From a virus (lineage: Duplodnaviria > Heunggongvirae > Uroviricota > Caudoviricetes), in the IMG/VR virus record IMGVR_UViG_2565956711_000012: a stretch of DNA of 29,461 nucleotides, one strand, 5' to 3'. The notes beneath the pieces are model-generated. The model was given only the letters and a program-made list of their open reading frames with translations. It was not told the origin of the DNA and did not search any database. Position 1 is the stretch's first letter; each line of letters starts with the position of its first letter. The position numbers and the translations under genes are program-made. Below are positions 9,786-18,040 of the stretch, piece after piece.

Positions 9786-10389
9786 CAGTCTGTCCTTCTC
9801 TTACGTTTATGATTTGCGGCTCATCGCATACAGGCTGTCCGTTCACCACAATGGTTGCCCCCAGTCGCAGGAATTCCGGCAGCGTGGACAGGTCTATCTC
9901 ATCATCAAGACGGAATTCCTGTTCCCATGTAACGGCCCACATGGTGATCCCGAGATTGTCCAGGCCACCCGACCAGAGGTTTTCAGCGGCGATGTTCTCA
10001 GCCATACGCTCAGCCTTCATGCCCGCAGCCGCTTCACGACAACTGATACGACGGGCAAGGCGTCCGGCAATAACCTCACAGCGGGCATCGCGCGGGTATC
10101 CCCAGAAATCAGCCATCATGATGTAGGCCGCCCAGGTCACAAGTCCGGTCATGCCGCGACGGTTCTGGATATTCCTGACCCGTAAGGCCGCAATACGGAT
10201 ACTGCCGCCGCGCCCGGACATATAGCTTTTGACCTGATCCGGGGTGTTAAACTGACCGATGTGACGCTCCACCTTTTCAACCCGGTCAGGTTGCTTTTCA
10301 CCCTCCAGTTCAGCTTTCAGCCAGTTAACAATATTCTCGGCGGCACTGACCGTACTGCCCAGGGTGACGAACGCCGGACGTTCATTCAT
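9766..10389 (-). CDS. head-tail joining protein candidate (Mu gp37-like, DUF1834-like)
   Basis: 207-aa ORF in the neck module between capsid and sheath genes; 4-bp overlap with upstream gene. Confidence 0.5.
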   Translation of the reverse strand: MNERPAFVTLGSTVSAAENIVNWLKAELEGEKQPDRVEKVERHIGQFNTPDQVKSYMSGRGGSIRIAALRVRNIQNRRGMTGLVTWAAYIMMADFWGYPRDARCEVIAGRLARRISCREAAAGMKAERMAENIAAENLWSGGLDNLGITMWAVTWEQEFRLDDEIDLSTLPEFLRLGATIVVNGQPVCDEPQIINVREGQTDDKEND

Positions 10390-10931
10390 TGCAGAACCTC
10401 ATTCCAGAAATCCCCGATGACGTGCAGCAGTTCCTGACTGTTCCCGGAGGACAGGCCGAGGAACTCACGCTGCGGGATGTTCAACATACGTTTATGCGCC
10501 CCCACGGTTTGCCATACCCCGTGTTTAAGCGCCCGTCCAAATGCCTGTGAGATGAGTCGCTTATGGGCTGACACAGACACCGAGCCGGAAAACCCCTCGT
10601 TGTGCGTCCGGCCATAATCAAGCGGCGTACCCACACGAACGACAGAGCCGCTGACCACATACTGGATACTGTCGAGCAGATCGCCGTTGCCCTGTAACAG
10701 GCTCTGGTTGCTGTGTCTGGTTTTCGCGTAGCTGTCAGACCAGTCCTGCCATTTCTCGCCGGCAGGACTGGATTTTTCGCTGGAGATGCGCCGGCGGGTC
10801 TGTGACTCCACCACAGCGCCAATGCTCTCCAGTAGCTCCTGTTGCAGCGACTGGTCAGCCAGTCGCTCAATCGCACGGCGAATGTCCTGAAACTTCTGGT
10901 CTCCTCTGACCTCGACAGTAATTCCCATCAC
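10386..10931 (-). CDS. phage virion morphogenesis protein (Mu G / P2 gpS-like family)
   Basis: 181-aa ORF; N-terminal pattern I-x-V-x-V-R-G...I-R-R-A-I-E-R-L and downstream SPAGEKW motif resemble the virion-morphogenesis family. It sits in the neck module rather than between F and I as in Mu. Confidence 0.5.
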   Translation of the reverse strand: MMGITVEVRGDQKFQDIRRAIERLADQSLQQELLESIGAVVESQTRRRISSEKSSPAGEKWQDWSDSYAKTRHSNQSLLQGNGDLLDSIQYVVSGSVVRVGTPLDYGRTHNEGFSGSVSVSAHKRLISQAFGRALKHGVWQTVGAHKRMLNIPQREFLGLSSGNSQELLHVIGDFWNEVLQ

Positions 10932-11368
10932 AGCACCCCTTTCAGGTTGTTACGGGTGAACAGACGACGGTTTTCACTGACGATGATCAGCTTTCCGGTG
11001 TCGGTCTCAGGGACCGGGGTGTCAGACGGCACACCGAGGTCACGGGTGCCGTTGGCGATTTCACGCAGGGTGCGGAGGGCTTCGTCGTAACGCTTCTGGA
11101 TTTCATCGGTGATCTGATGGTCCCGTTCAGACAGCCAGTAGAACGCGATGGAAACCGCCGCCCGGCGCAACGGACTCGGCAGGCTCGGAAGGTTCAGCGG
11201 CAACTGATAACGCTTTGCCAGAAAGGAATTAATTTCTGCATCAGTGTCATCAATCGCACGCTGGATCTTTTCTTCGTCGAGCTGCTGCGTCTCTTTGTTG
11301 ATTGCCATGTTCCAGACGCGGTCACCATCGGTTGCCAGCAGGTCCTCACGCGTTACGTAGATGCCCAT
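10928..11368 (-). CDS. head-tail connector protein candidate (Mu gp36-like, DUF1320-like)
   Basis: 146-aa ORF, position after the gp35-like gene; overlapping start/stop. Confidence 0.55.
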   Translation of the reverse strand: MGIYVTREDLLATDGDRVWNMAINKETQQLDEEKIQRAIDDTDAEINSFLAKRYQLPLNLPSLPSPLRRAAVSIAFYWLSERDHQITDEIQKRYDEALRTLREIANGTRDLGVPSDTPVPETDTGKLIIVSENRRLFTRNNLKGVL

Positions 11369-11961
11369 TATTTGCTCTCCACGTCGGCTTCAGTCCCGGC
11401 AACGGTCGCCAGTTCGGTCACAATCAGCATCTTTTCAGCCTTCAGACGCAGGGCTGTGTCGGTACTGATCACGCACCCCTGTAGCGGATTACCACCGGCA
11501 TCTTCCAGAATCTGTTCATCCGGGTTATCGCTGACAAACACATGCACCGTATCGTGCGGCCAGAATCGGCCAGCCCGGCGAAAACCGTTTTCCGGAATGG
11601 CGCGGACCTCCAGCACCACGACATTTTCAGCAATGCGAACAGCCTCTGAATGGTCATGTGCCAGCGTCTCCTGCCAGAGATGTTTTCTCAGGTCATCACC
11701 CGTGTTCTCACCCGGTATGGTGACAAGACTGACTGTGGCCGGGATAACCGTTATTCCATTGTCATCGGGTACAGGTTCCGGGTCAGATGCGACATCTGAA
11801 GCTGCAACCGCCGGTTGTGATGCCTGACTGTCATCAGTAATAACTGGTGCCACCGGTGCCGGTTTCGCCGGGACAGGCGTATCCTTCGTTGCTTTGTCGT
11901 CTTTCTTTTCCGAAGTGGTTCCGGTCTTACCAGCGGCTGACTTATTAACTTTTCCACTCAC
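11368..11961 (-). CDS. head protein of unknown function (Mu gp35 position); GTG start
   Basis: 197-aa ORF starting with GTG preceded by GAGG 8 nt upstream; Lys/Pro/Ala-rich low-complexity N-terminus; located directly after the major capsid gene. Confidence 0.45.
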   Translation of the reverse strand: MSGKVNKSAAGKTGTTSEKKDDKATKDTPVPAKPAPVAPVITDDSQASQPAVAASDVASDPEPVPDDNGITVIPATVSLVTIPGENTGDDLRKHLWQETLAHDHSEAVRIAENVVVLEVRAIPENGFRRAGRFWPHDTVHVFVSDNPDEQILEDAGGNPLQGCVISTDTALRLKAEKMLIVTELATVAGTEADVESK

Positions 11962-11989
11962 TTTTTAAACCTCATTCAGGTTGGGTTTA

Positions 11990-12010
11990 AAGGAGGGTTA
12001 ACCCCTCCTT
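11990..12010 (-). other. GC-rich stem-loop between the major capsid gene and the next gene (possible attenuator)
   Basis: AAGGAGGG-TTAAC-CCCTCCTT: 8-bp perfect stem around an HpaI-like GTTAAC centre; no strong U-tract. Confidence 0.4.
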
Positions 12011-12039
12011 AATCCGGCATTACGTGATATTTTACGTAA

Positions 12040-12058
12040 TGACGTCATGCTTTGACGT
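12040..12058. repeat. direct repeat TGACGT-N7-TGACGT overlapping the capsid-gene stop codon
   Basis: Plus strand TGACGTcatgcttTGACGT; the first hexamer is part of the palindrome TGACGTCA; flanked by TTACGTAA-like palindromes. Confidence 0.5.
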
Positions 12059-12938
12059 AAGGTGAGACCAGCAGGTCAACATCCTTGTAATAGATGTTTG
12101 AACCACCACCATCAGCCGTAACCGCTTCAATCAGCGCCTTGGCCGCACCACGGTTGTTCTTACCGACGACCAGCAATGTCGGATTCATGCCCAGAGGTTC
12201 GCCGTTAGAGTCCGTGATACCCATCATTGCGGAGACAGCGGCTTCATAGTTCGCTTTGTTCAGTGCTGCTTTTGACCCCACACAGGTCTGCCAGAAACCA
12301 AAGCCAACGTTGCTGCGGCCATCGGTCCCGTAGGCGAATTCGTTCTGAAGGAACACACGCTCACTGGTGAGATCATCAAGGGCGATGAAGTTAAACGGAC
12401 GGCGCTCCTGGTAAATGATGGGCAGCAGCGCATGCGTTGCATCAATCAGGAACCACGGCTCACCCGTATCGGTCGCCGGGTCGCCCACAACGTTCGATTT
12501 GGTGGATGTACCAACAGGGTGATCAGTATCGAAGAAATACTGACCGTCCCAGCACAGCGTATCGAAGCCTTTGCACAGCAACTCAAACGACAGCTTGTCC
12601 GGGAAAATCGTGGTATCGCGGCCAAGCTGCTCAGCAATCACGGAATACTGACCAATCTGATCGTCCTCGATTTTTTCGCGCTTGACCTTGACCGAGTTTT
12701 CCCAGGTCTTGTTGGTAATGACATACCCGGCCTGAGCCAGTTCTTTCAGCTGACGCGCCCCGATCCATTCTTTGATGGTCGGGAAGTCTTCAACCCAGCC
12801 ATAAGTGTTAGACGCGCCGGAACTGGGGATAACCGTGGCGATGGATCGATACTGCGGATTGACCCGACCAACACCTTTGGTAAAGGCGGCGCTCAGTGCG
12901 GTGGTCAGGGCATGCAACACTTCTGCGGATACCTGCAT
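12045..12938 (-). CDS. T: major head (capsid) subunit, Mu T-like
   Basis: 297-aa ORF immediately downstream of the I-like gene; C-terminus SPYVKA-stop verified by hand; size and position match Mu T. Confidence 0.85.
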   Translation of the reverse strand: MQVSAEVLHALTTALSAAFTKGVGRVNPQYRSIATVIPSSGASNTYGWVEDFPTIKEWIGARQLKELAQAGYVITNKTWENSVKVKREKIEDDQIGQYSVIAEQLGRDTTIFPDKLSFELLCKGFDTLCWDGQYFFDTDHPVGTSTKSNVVGDPATDTGEPWFLIDATHALLPIIYQERRPFNFIALDDLTSERVFLQNEFAYGTDGRSNVGFGFWQTCVGSKAALNKANYEAAVSAMMGITDSNGEPLGMNPTLLVVGKNNRGAAKALIEAVTADGGGSNIYYKDVDLLVSPYVKA

Positions 12939-12941
12939 GAA

Positions 12942-13898
12942 TTATTTCTCCTGCTTACGAACGGAAAGGAATTCTTCTTCGCTGATGCCCATATGGCGGC
13001 ACATCGCGAGGTCTTCGTCAGAAAGCGAGGCATGACCTTCGGTGCTTTCTTTTTTGGTCGTCGTGGTCTTGCTGACAATGACCGGTGCCGCTTTCACGAA
13101 TTCAGCAAACTGCTTGCGGCCTTCTTCAGAGCGGCAGGTGGCGAGATACATTTCGCGGTTGGCCGGTGCGACTTTCCCCGCCTCGATGGCGCTGTCCACC
13201 AGTGCTTCTGATTCTTTGATGGCAATATCATTGAGTTTGCTTTCAGCGCTTTCCGCACGGTTAAGTGCTAACTGGTGAGTCTCAACCGGAATGAACTTCG
13301 TCAGGTCGGGATTCTCAGCACGGTTAAGCGCCACCTGCTCGGCGGTCTTAATCTGCTGAATGGCTTTTACTGCGTCGTCTGCTGTGGCAGTGGCCGCGAG
13401 GCCAAGCACTGTCACAATCTGGACAGGTACGGTCATCGTGTTTTCCTCGGAGTTGAGTGCGGGTAAATCAAGGTTGGGTTTGTTGGTCAGCGCGGCGCTG
13501 GACAGGCGGGTAACCTGACCATCCGCTGTGAACCGAAAGGCCGGACTGTAATAGCGGTACTTCTTGCCGCGCAGCTGCGCCACGCCGTCATCAGTCCATT
13601 CAACGTGCGCCTCCACCACGCCATCACTGACGCGATAGCCGTCAATCCAGCCATAAGCCGGGGCTTCATCGCCTTTCGGGCCTTTCAGTTCGGTGGAGTG
13701 CTCGATATCAAAGGGGAGCTTTGGATAAGCCATCGAGGCACGAATGATGGCTTCAGGATTGTTGTTCACCCACGAACGCCCATCACGCCCTGTAAAGGTT
13801 CCCGCCGGTATCATCGGCAGCCATTCCGGCAATGCATCATCGGTAAGGTCAGGAAGCTGAAAGCAGAGCGCCAGCAATTCCGTATTGTTCGGGTTCAT
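12942..13898 (-). CDS. I: head maturation protease/scaffold, Mu I-like
   Basis: 318-aa ORF; N-terminal protease-like region followed by a long Ala/Glu-rich helical C-terminus (scaffold-like); precedes the capsid gene. Confidence 0.8.
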   Translation of the reverse strand: MNPNNTELLALCFQLPDLTDDALPEWLPMIPAGTFTGRDGRSWVNNNPEAIIRASMAYPKLPFDIEHSTELKGPKGDEAPAYGWIDGYRVSDGVVEAHVEWTDDGVAQLRGKKYRYYSPAFRFTADGQVTRLSSAALTNKPNLDLPALNSEENTMTVPVQIVTVLGLAATATADDAVKAIQQIKTAEQVALNRAENPDLTKFIPVETHQLALNRAESAESKLNDIAIKESEALVDSAIEAGKVAPANREMYLATCRSEEGRKQFAEFVKAAPVIVSKTTTTKKESTEGHASLSDEDLAMCRHMGISEEEFLSVRKQEK

Positions 13899-13958
13899 GG
13901 TGTTGTCCGGTCACGTTGTTTACTTCCGGACAGTGTGGGGGGAAACGGGGACTCAGGT

Positions 13959-13974
13959 GGATTAACCGGCTTCA
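13959..13974 (-). promoter_or_regulatory. 16-mer TGAAGCCGGTTAATCC (copy 2, about 60 nt upstream of the I ATG)
   Basis: Exact repeat of the 16-mer upstream of the endolysin gene; here it lacks the hairpin partner and U-tract, so the shared element is not simply a terminator. Confidence 0.45.
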
Positions 13975-14042
13975 CTGTAAACGCGGCATGAAACCGCGTT
14001 TAAAACACGTTTAAAAACGCTGTGGCGCGTTTAACGATTTTT

Positions 14043-14061
14043 TGACGTGTCATCATGACGT
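14043..14061. repeat. direct repeat TGACGT-N7-TGACGT in the F-I intergenic region
   Basis: Plus strand TGACGTgtcatcaTGACGT; same hexamer pair with the same 13-bp phasing recurs at 12040-12058. Confidence 0.5.
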
Positions 14062-14107
14062 TATAATCGTTAATGCCGCCACGCGCGTTGTGGGATGGTT
14101 TTTATCT

Positions 14108-14896
14108 TTATGGCGAATGACTGTCAAACGCTTCCTGTTTTCTGCGTAGCTGTTCATCCAGCTCGCGACTGCGGGAGATTCCGGGGTTGTACGCCCAGCC
14201 GGGATCAATCCCCTCCGGAATGGTCTCTTCTTCGCCAGTGCGTTTGTTAACCCACCTGACCGTGCGGACTTCAGGGGCTTCCGTGTTGATAGTGCCGTTG
14301 GCCTTCATCTGCTCATACTCATACCGGCTGATTTGCCGCGTACCGCATTTGCAGCCCCAGCCGTTCGGCCCCATGTGTGTTCGCCAGAACGGATGATCCA
14401 CCGGCAGGCAGACATCCTTCCAGCGAAGATGCTCTGCACGGTGCTCACGTGAGGGGCCGACGGTGTAGACAAGATAAGGCATTGCCCGTTGGGTCCGTTC
14501 AATACGCTGCCATTGTCCCGCCGCGCGGGCTGTCCGCATATTGGTGTCGTAGATAACGCGCATCCGGCGGTCACTGCCGAGCTGAACAGTACGGGTTTCA
14601 CCGGTCAGTGGGTCATCCATCAGTTGCTGTCCCCACCATCCACGTTTGACGAGCAGAGGTTTAAGAACTTCGCGAAACTGCTCAAAGGTCTGGCCGTTCT
14701 CCAGCGCGTCCTCCACGAGCTGGCGAACGTCCGCCAGCAAATCAAGCTGCGTCATTTTTGCCACAGTAAAGCCGATGCTGTGTTCTTCCATCCAGACATC
14801 GCGGTAATCAAATCCCGGCTTCAGCTTTTTCGCCTTCAGCCAGGCCAGTGCTTCCTGGGGAATAATGCTGTATTTATCGCTGACCGGCTTAGCCAT
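14108..14896 (-). CDS. F: head morphogenesis protein, Mu F-like
   Basis: 262-aa ORF directly after the portal gene (8-bp overlap); size and position match Mu F. Confidence 0.8.
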   Translation of the reverse strand: MAKPVSDKYSIIPQEALAWLKAKKLKPGFDYRDVWMEEHSIGFTVAKMTQLDLLADVRQLVEDALENGQTFEQFREVLKPLLVKRGWWGQQLMDDPLTGETRTVQLGSDRRMRVIYDTNMRTARAAGQWQRIERTQRAMPYLVYTVGPSREHRAEHLRWKDVCLPVDHPFWRTHMGPNGWGCKCGTRQISRYEYEQMKANGTINTEAPEVRTVRWVNKRTGEEETIPEGIDPGWAYNPGISRSRELDEQLRRKQEAFDSHSP

Positions 14897-16457
14897 CGTT
14901 TACATCTCCCAGCGACCGGGCTTTAAAACAGAGCATCGCCAGCTGCGTCGCAAACTCATCCGCATCAAGTTCTTTCTGAAGCGCCGGCAGACCAGCAAGA
15001 AAGGATTCAAAACTGTCAGAGTTATTTGCCAGCTCAAGCACCGGACTGGTGAACGCATCGCCGGTACGCTGCCAGTCTTTCATGGCGTCATCCACCATCA
15101 TATCAAGGGCGTCAGGCTGGCTGCGGTTAAGTGCAGTCTGCTCACGGTTCATGGCCGGTAGTGGGTTAGCCATTTGCGCCGTTGGCGTCAGAATTTTTGC
15201 GCCTTTCTCCGGTTCTGACAGCCCGAATTTGTCTCGGATCTCTGACATCTGAACTTCCATCCCCCGGTCAATCAGTGGCGACAGTGCATCCACCAGTACC
15301 TTAAGGTCTTCCGGTTTGCTGATGCGCAGAACGACGCGGGGGTAATGCTCCTGTGGCCCGTAATTCATATCCACATAGGGACGGACAAGGAATTCAGACA
15401 GCGTGTTGGATAATTGCCAGGCATCCCATTTGGCGATGTCCATACGCACACCATTGTGGACTTCCGCCTGAGCACGTGAACTGCCGTCATCGGTGGTCAT
15501 GGTCTGCCCCAGTACGGCCTTACTAATCTGCGCGTCACACCATTCGGCCATCTCTTTAAAGAGAGTGCCACCGCTGTTACGGCTCGCCGCTTCCTGCATC
15601 TCCAGTTTCATCGAATCGGGGATTGCGCAGCCGGCATCTGATGCCAGTGATGCAATCGCATCCAGCAATGTCTGGATTTGTTCCGGGCTGGCATTGTTGC
15701 CGTATTTACCCACCACAATCGGGATACCAAATTTTTCAGCAAACGCCCACCAGTCCCGGACGGTGTAGGACTTGAGCATATACATAACGGCCACCAGTCG
15801 CGCCAGACCGTTACGCAAGGGCAAACCGGATTTCAGGCGGGGTTTATGGACGATAAATTTCCCCGGTGACAATGCTTCACCATCAATGGGGTTCCTGTCC
15901 GTCAGTAGTCTGAAATCACGCAGGGTTTCCCGGTCAGGTTTCAGAAAGCGCGGATCAACCCATTCATAATCGCGGGGTTTCCAGAGTGTGGTGCTGGTAT
16001 TCCAGAGGATTTCGCAGACGCCAACCCCTTTACCAAGCCCGTCCAGCAGATCGAACAGCAGTTCAGGAACCTGCGGTTGCGCCATGAGATTACGGATATC
16101 ATCTGCGATTTCCACATCACGAGGGGAATCGCTCCCGGCTTCCACCGAAGGTTCAATCCCGGAAACCGTCAGCTTGCGCGTACGTAAAACGCTGGCGTAG
16201 TGGAGGTCACGCTCCTCCAGTTCTTCCGCCATGATGAAGAAATCACGCGCATGACCATCGGCTGCATTACGTAAGATCCCCGCAAGCCTGCCGGGACTCA
16301 GCGTACTGGCAACGCTGATGCCTACCGAGGGGGAACGTACACTCATTACCGCCGCTGCGGATTGCGTCTGCTTCAGCTCGTCCTTGTTCACGGTGACAAC
16401 TTCCCCCGTGGCAGGACTGAACAGCCGACGAACGGCTCCGGTTAGTTGTTTAAACAT
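14889..16457 (-). CDS. portal protein (Mu gp29-like, DUF935)
   Basis: 522-aa ORF immediately downstream of terminase large subunit (1-bp overlap). Confidence 0.85.
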   Translation of the reverse strand: MFKQLTGAVRRLFSPATGEVVTVNKDELKQTQSAAAVMSVRSPSVGISVASTLSPGRLAGILRNAADGHARDFFIMAEELEERDLHYASVLRTRKLTVSGIEPSVEAGSDSPRDVEIADDIRNLMAQPQVPELLFDLLDGLGKGVGVCEILWNTSTTLWKPRDYEWVDPRFLKPDRETLRDFRLLTDRNPIDGEALSPGKFIVHKPRLKSGLPLRNGLARLVAVMYMLKSYTVRDWWAFAEKFGIPIVVGKYGNNASPEQIQTLLDAIASLASDAGCAIPDSMKLEMQEAASRNSGGTLFKEMAEWCDAQISKAVLGQTMTTDDGSSRAQAEVHNGVRMDIAKWDAWQLSNTLSEFLVRPYVDMNYGPQEHYPRVVLRISKPEDLKVLVDALSPLIDRGMEVQMSEIRDKFGLSEPEKGAKILTPTAQMANPLPAMNREQTALNRSQPDALDMMVDDAMKDWQRTGDAFTSPVLELANNSDSFESFLAGLPALQKELDADEFATQLAMLCFKARSLGDVNDG

Positions 16458-18040
16458 CAGAGTAATCCCCGCTGATTTTTAAGACCCCGTGTGATGCGGA
16501 CCTGACGGTGTTCATTACGCTCATCGGGGCGGGAAGGTTTCTTTAACTTGTGGACTTCATAACGCCGGCAGTCCTCGCGACTGGCGAGGAAACCGAGAAA
16601 AATAGCGATAGCGGAGTCACCGTGACGCTTGCGGCCATCGGTGCCGGTAGTGCGTGCATCATCAATGCCAGGTACGCCGCGATAAAGCTGAATAGCGCCG
16701 AGATCGGTGATCACATCTTCATGCTTTGGCAGTACCAGTTCATTGTCTTCGAATGCCGCACGGAACCGGGGCATGTTTTCCCGGTAGTATTTGACGGAAA
16801 GCTGCACCTGCTCAACTTCATCACCGTATTTTTCCGCCGCCTGTTCTGCCAGATACTGACCGTTACCCCGTGCATCGAGCTTGATGCCGTCGCGGCGGGG
16901 AAGACGATCACAGATATAAAACAGCGCCTGTTCCTGCTGTTTAAATGGCACATTGCTGAGTTCCACCAGGAACGGGACGTTGCGCGTCGTGTCATCGTTG
17001 ACTGTCACCGGCGCAAACACGGTCAGGTCACCGTTACGCGCAAAGTCCTCCCCCAGACAGTGGCGCAGGTTCTGCGGCAGTTTCTCCAGTTCGGGAAGTA
17101 CGACCGTCTCCAGCCATTCCTGCATGTCCACACGGCGCAGCCCGTCCGGCATCGCGTTAAAATCAGCCGTACCGGTGAAGCGCAGGACAACGGTCGGACC
17201 TCTGGCCGCGCGTTCGCGCAGGGAACGTGCGATATAGACGCCACCGCCGTTCTTCGGCTCGCAGTAATACTCCTCGCGGGCATCTTCCTCTGTGGCCGTG
17301 TCGCTCAGCAGGTTAGCCAGCCATTCCGCTTCGCCCTCCACAGACCAGACTTTTTTTGTGACCTGACAGATGCGCTGATACAGCCCCTCAGCAATGGCCG
17401 TTTCAATATCGACGTGATGGACAGAGTAGCGTTTTTTCCCGGCCCGGCTGTCGGTGATGATGGTGTTAAACAGGTTATCAATACCGTTGTGGGTGGAAAT
17501 AAGGCGAACATTATTCCCCCACATTGTCAGCGCCAGCGCCGCCTTGAGTACCGCTGCAAGGTCAGCCTGGAATGCGGCCTCATCAATGATGACGTTACCC
17601 TGCATACCACGCAGGTTCGACGGGTTAGACGACAGTGCTTTGATTTTGTAGCCACTGGCGAACTGGATGACATAGACCAGGATGTCTTTGTCTTCATCCT
17701 TCAGCACTTCTTCACCAATGCCAGACGCGGCGCGGTCATAGGCTTTCGCCCACATGGCACAGGCATCAATAAACTCACGGGCCATGTCTTTCGTCGTACC
17801 GACGTAGAACGTGTCGCACCCGCCGGCCTCCACCGACATTGAGCCATTCAGGGCCGCGTCAGCCGCTTCCGCCCAGGTCAGACCGGTACGACGCGACTTC
17901 TCGGCAATCTTCAGTTGAGAGGAATCAGCAATCCACCGCTTCTGGTAGGGAAGCAGTAGCTGGCTTTTGTCGAACTCACCCGACAGGATAGCCGCAGCGG
18001 ACTGACTGGTGAGTGTTCTGTCCGGCGTCATCGTCGTCAT
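16457..18040 (-). CDS. terminase large subunit (Mu gp28-like)
   Basis: 527-aa ORF between terminase-small-like and portal genes; acidic nuclease-like C-terminal half. Confidence 0.85.
   Translation of the reverse strand: MTTMTPDRTLTSQSAAAILSGEFDKSQLLLPYQKRWIADSSQLKIAEKSRRTGLTWAEAADAALNGSMSVEAGGCDTFYVGTTKDMAREFIDACAMWAKAYDRAASGIGEEVLKDEDKDILVYVIQFASGYKIKALSSNPSNLRGMQGNVIIDEAAFQADLAAVLKAALALTMWGNNVRLISTHNGIDNLFNTIITDSRAGKKRYSVHHVDIETAIAEGLYQRICQVTKKVWSVEGEAEWLANLLSDTATEEDAREEYYCEPKNGGGVYIARSLRERAARGPTVVLRFTGTADFNAMPDGLRRVDMQEWLETVVLPELEKLPQNLRHCLGEDFARNGDLTVFAPVTVNDDTTRNVPFLVELSNVPFKQQEQALFYICDRLPRRDGIKLDARGNGQYLAEQAAEKYGDEVEQVQLSVKYYRENMPRFRAAFEDNELVLPKHEDVITDLGAIQLYRGVPGIDDARTTGTDGRKRHGDSAIAIFLGFLASREDCRRYEVHKLKKPSRPDERNEHRQVRITRGLKNQRGLL

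Noticed and set aside
10481-10876. 131-aa minus-strand ORF in an alternative frame
   Set aside because: Fully nested within the virion-morphogenesis-like gene (10386-10931) in another frame; Arg/Trp-rich; judged a frame artefact.
11117-11827. 236-aa plus-strand ORF
   Set aside because: Antisense to the gp36-like and gp35-like genes; low-complexity Ser/Arg/Cys-rich translation.
12432-13211. 259-aa plus-strand ORF
   Set aside because: Antisense to the major capsid and I genes; typical shadow ORF of a high-GC coding region.
16550-17842. 430-aa plus-strand ORF
   Set aside because: Lies entirely antisense to the terminase large subunit gene in GC-rich DNA; Arg/Ala/Val-rich shadow-ORF composition, no plausible SD, and it would break the otherwise uniform minus-strand operon.
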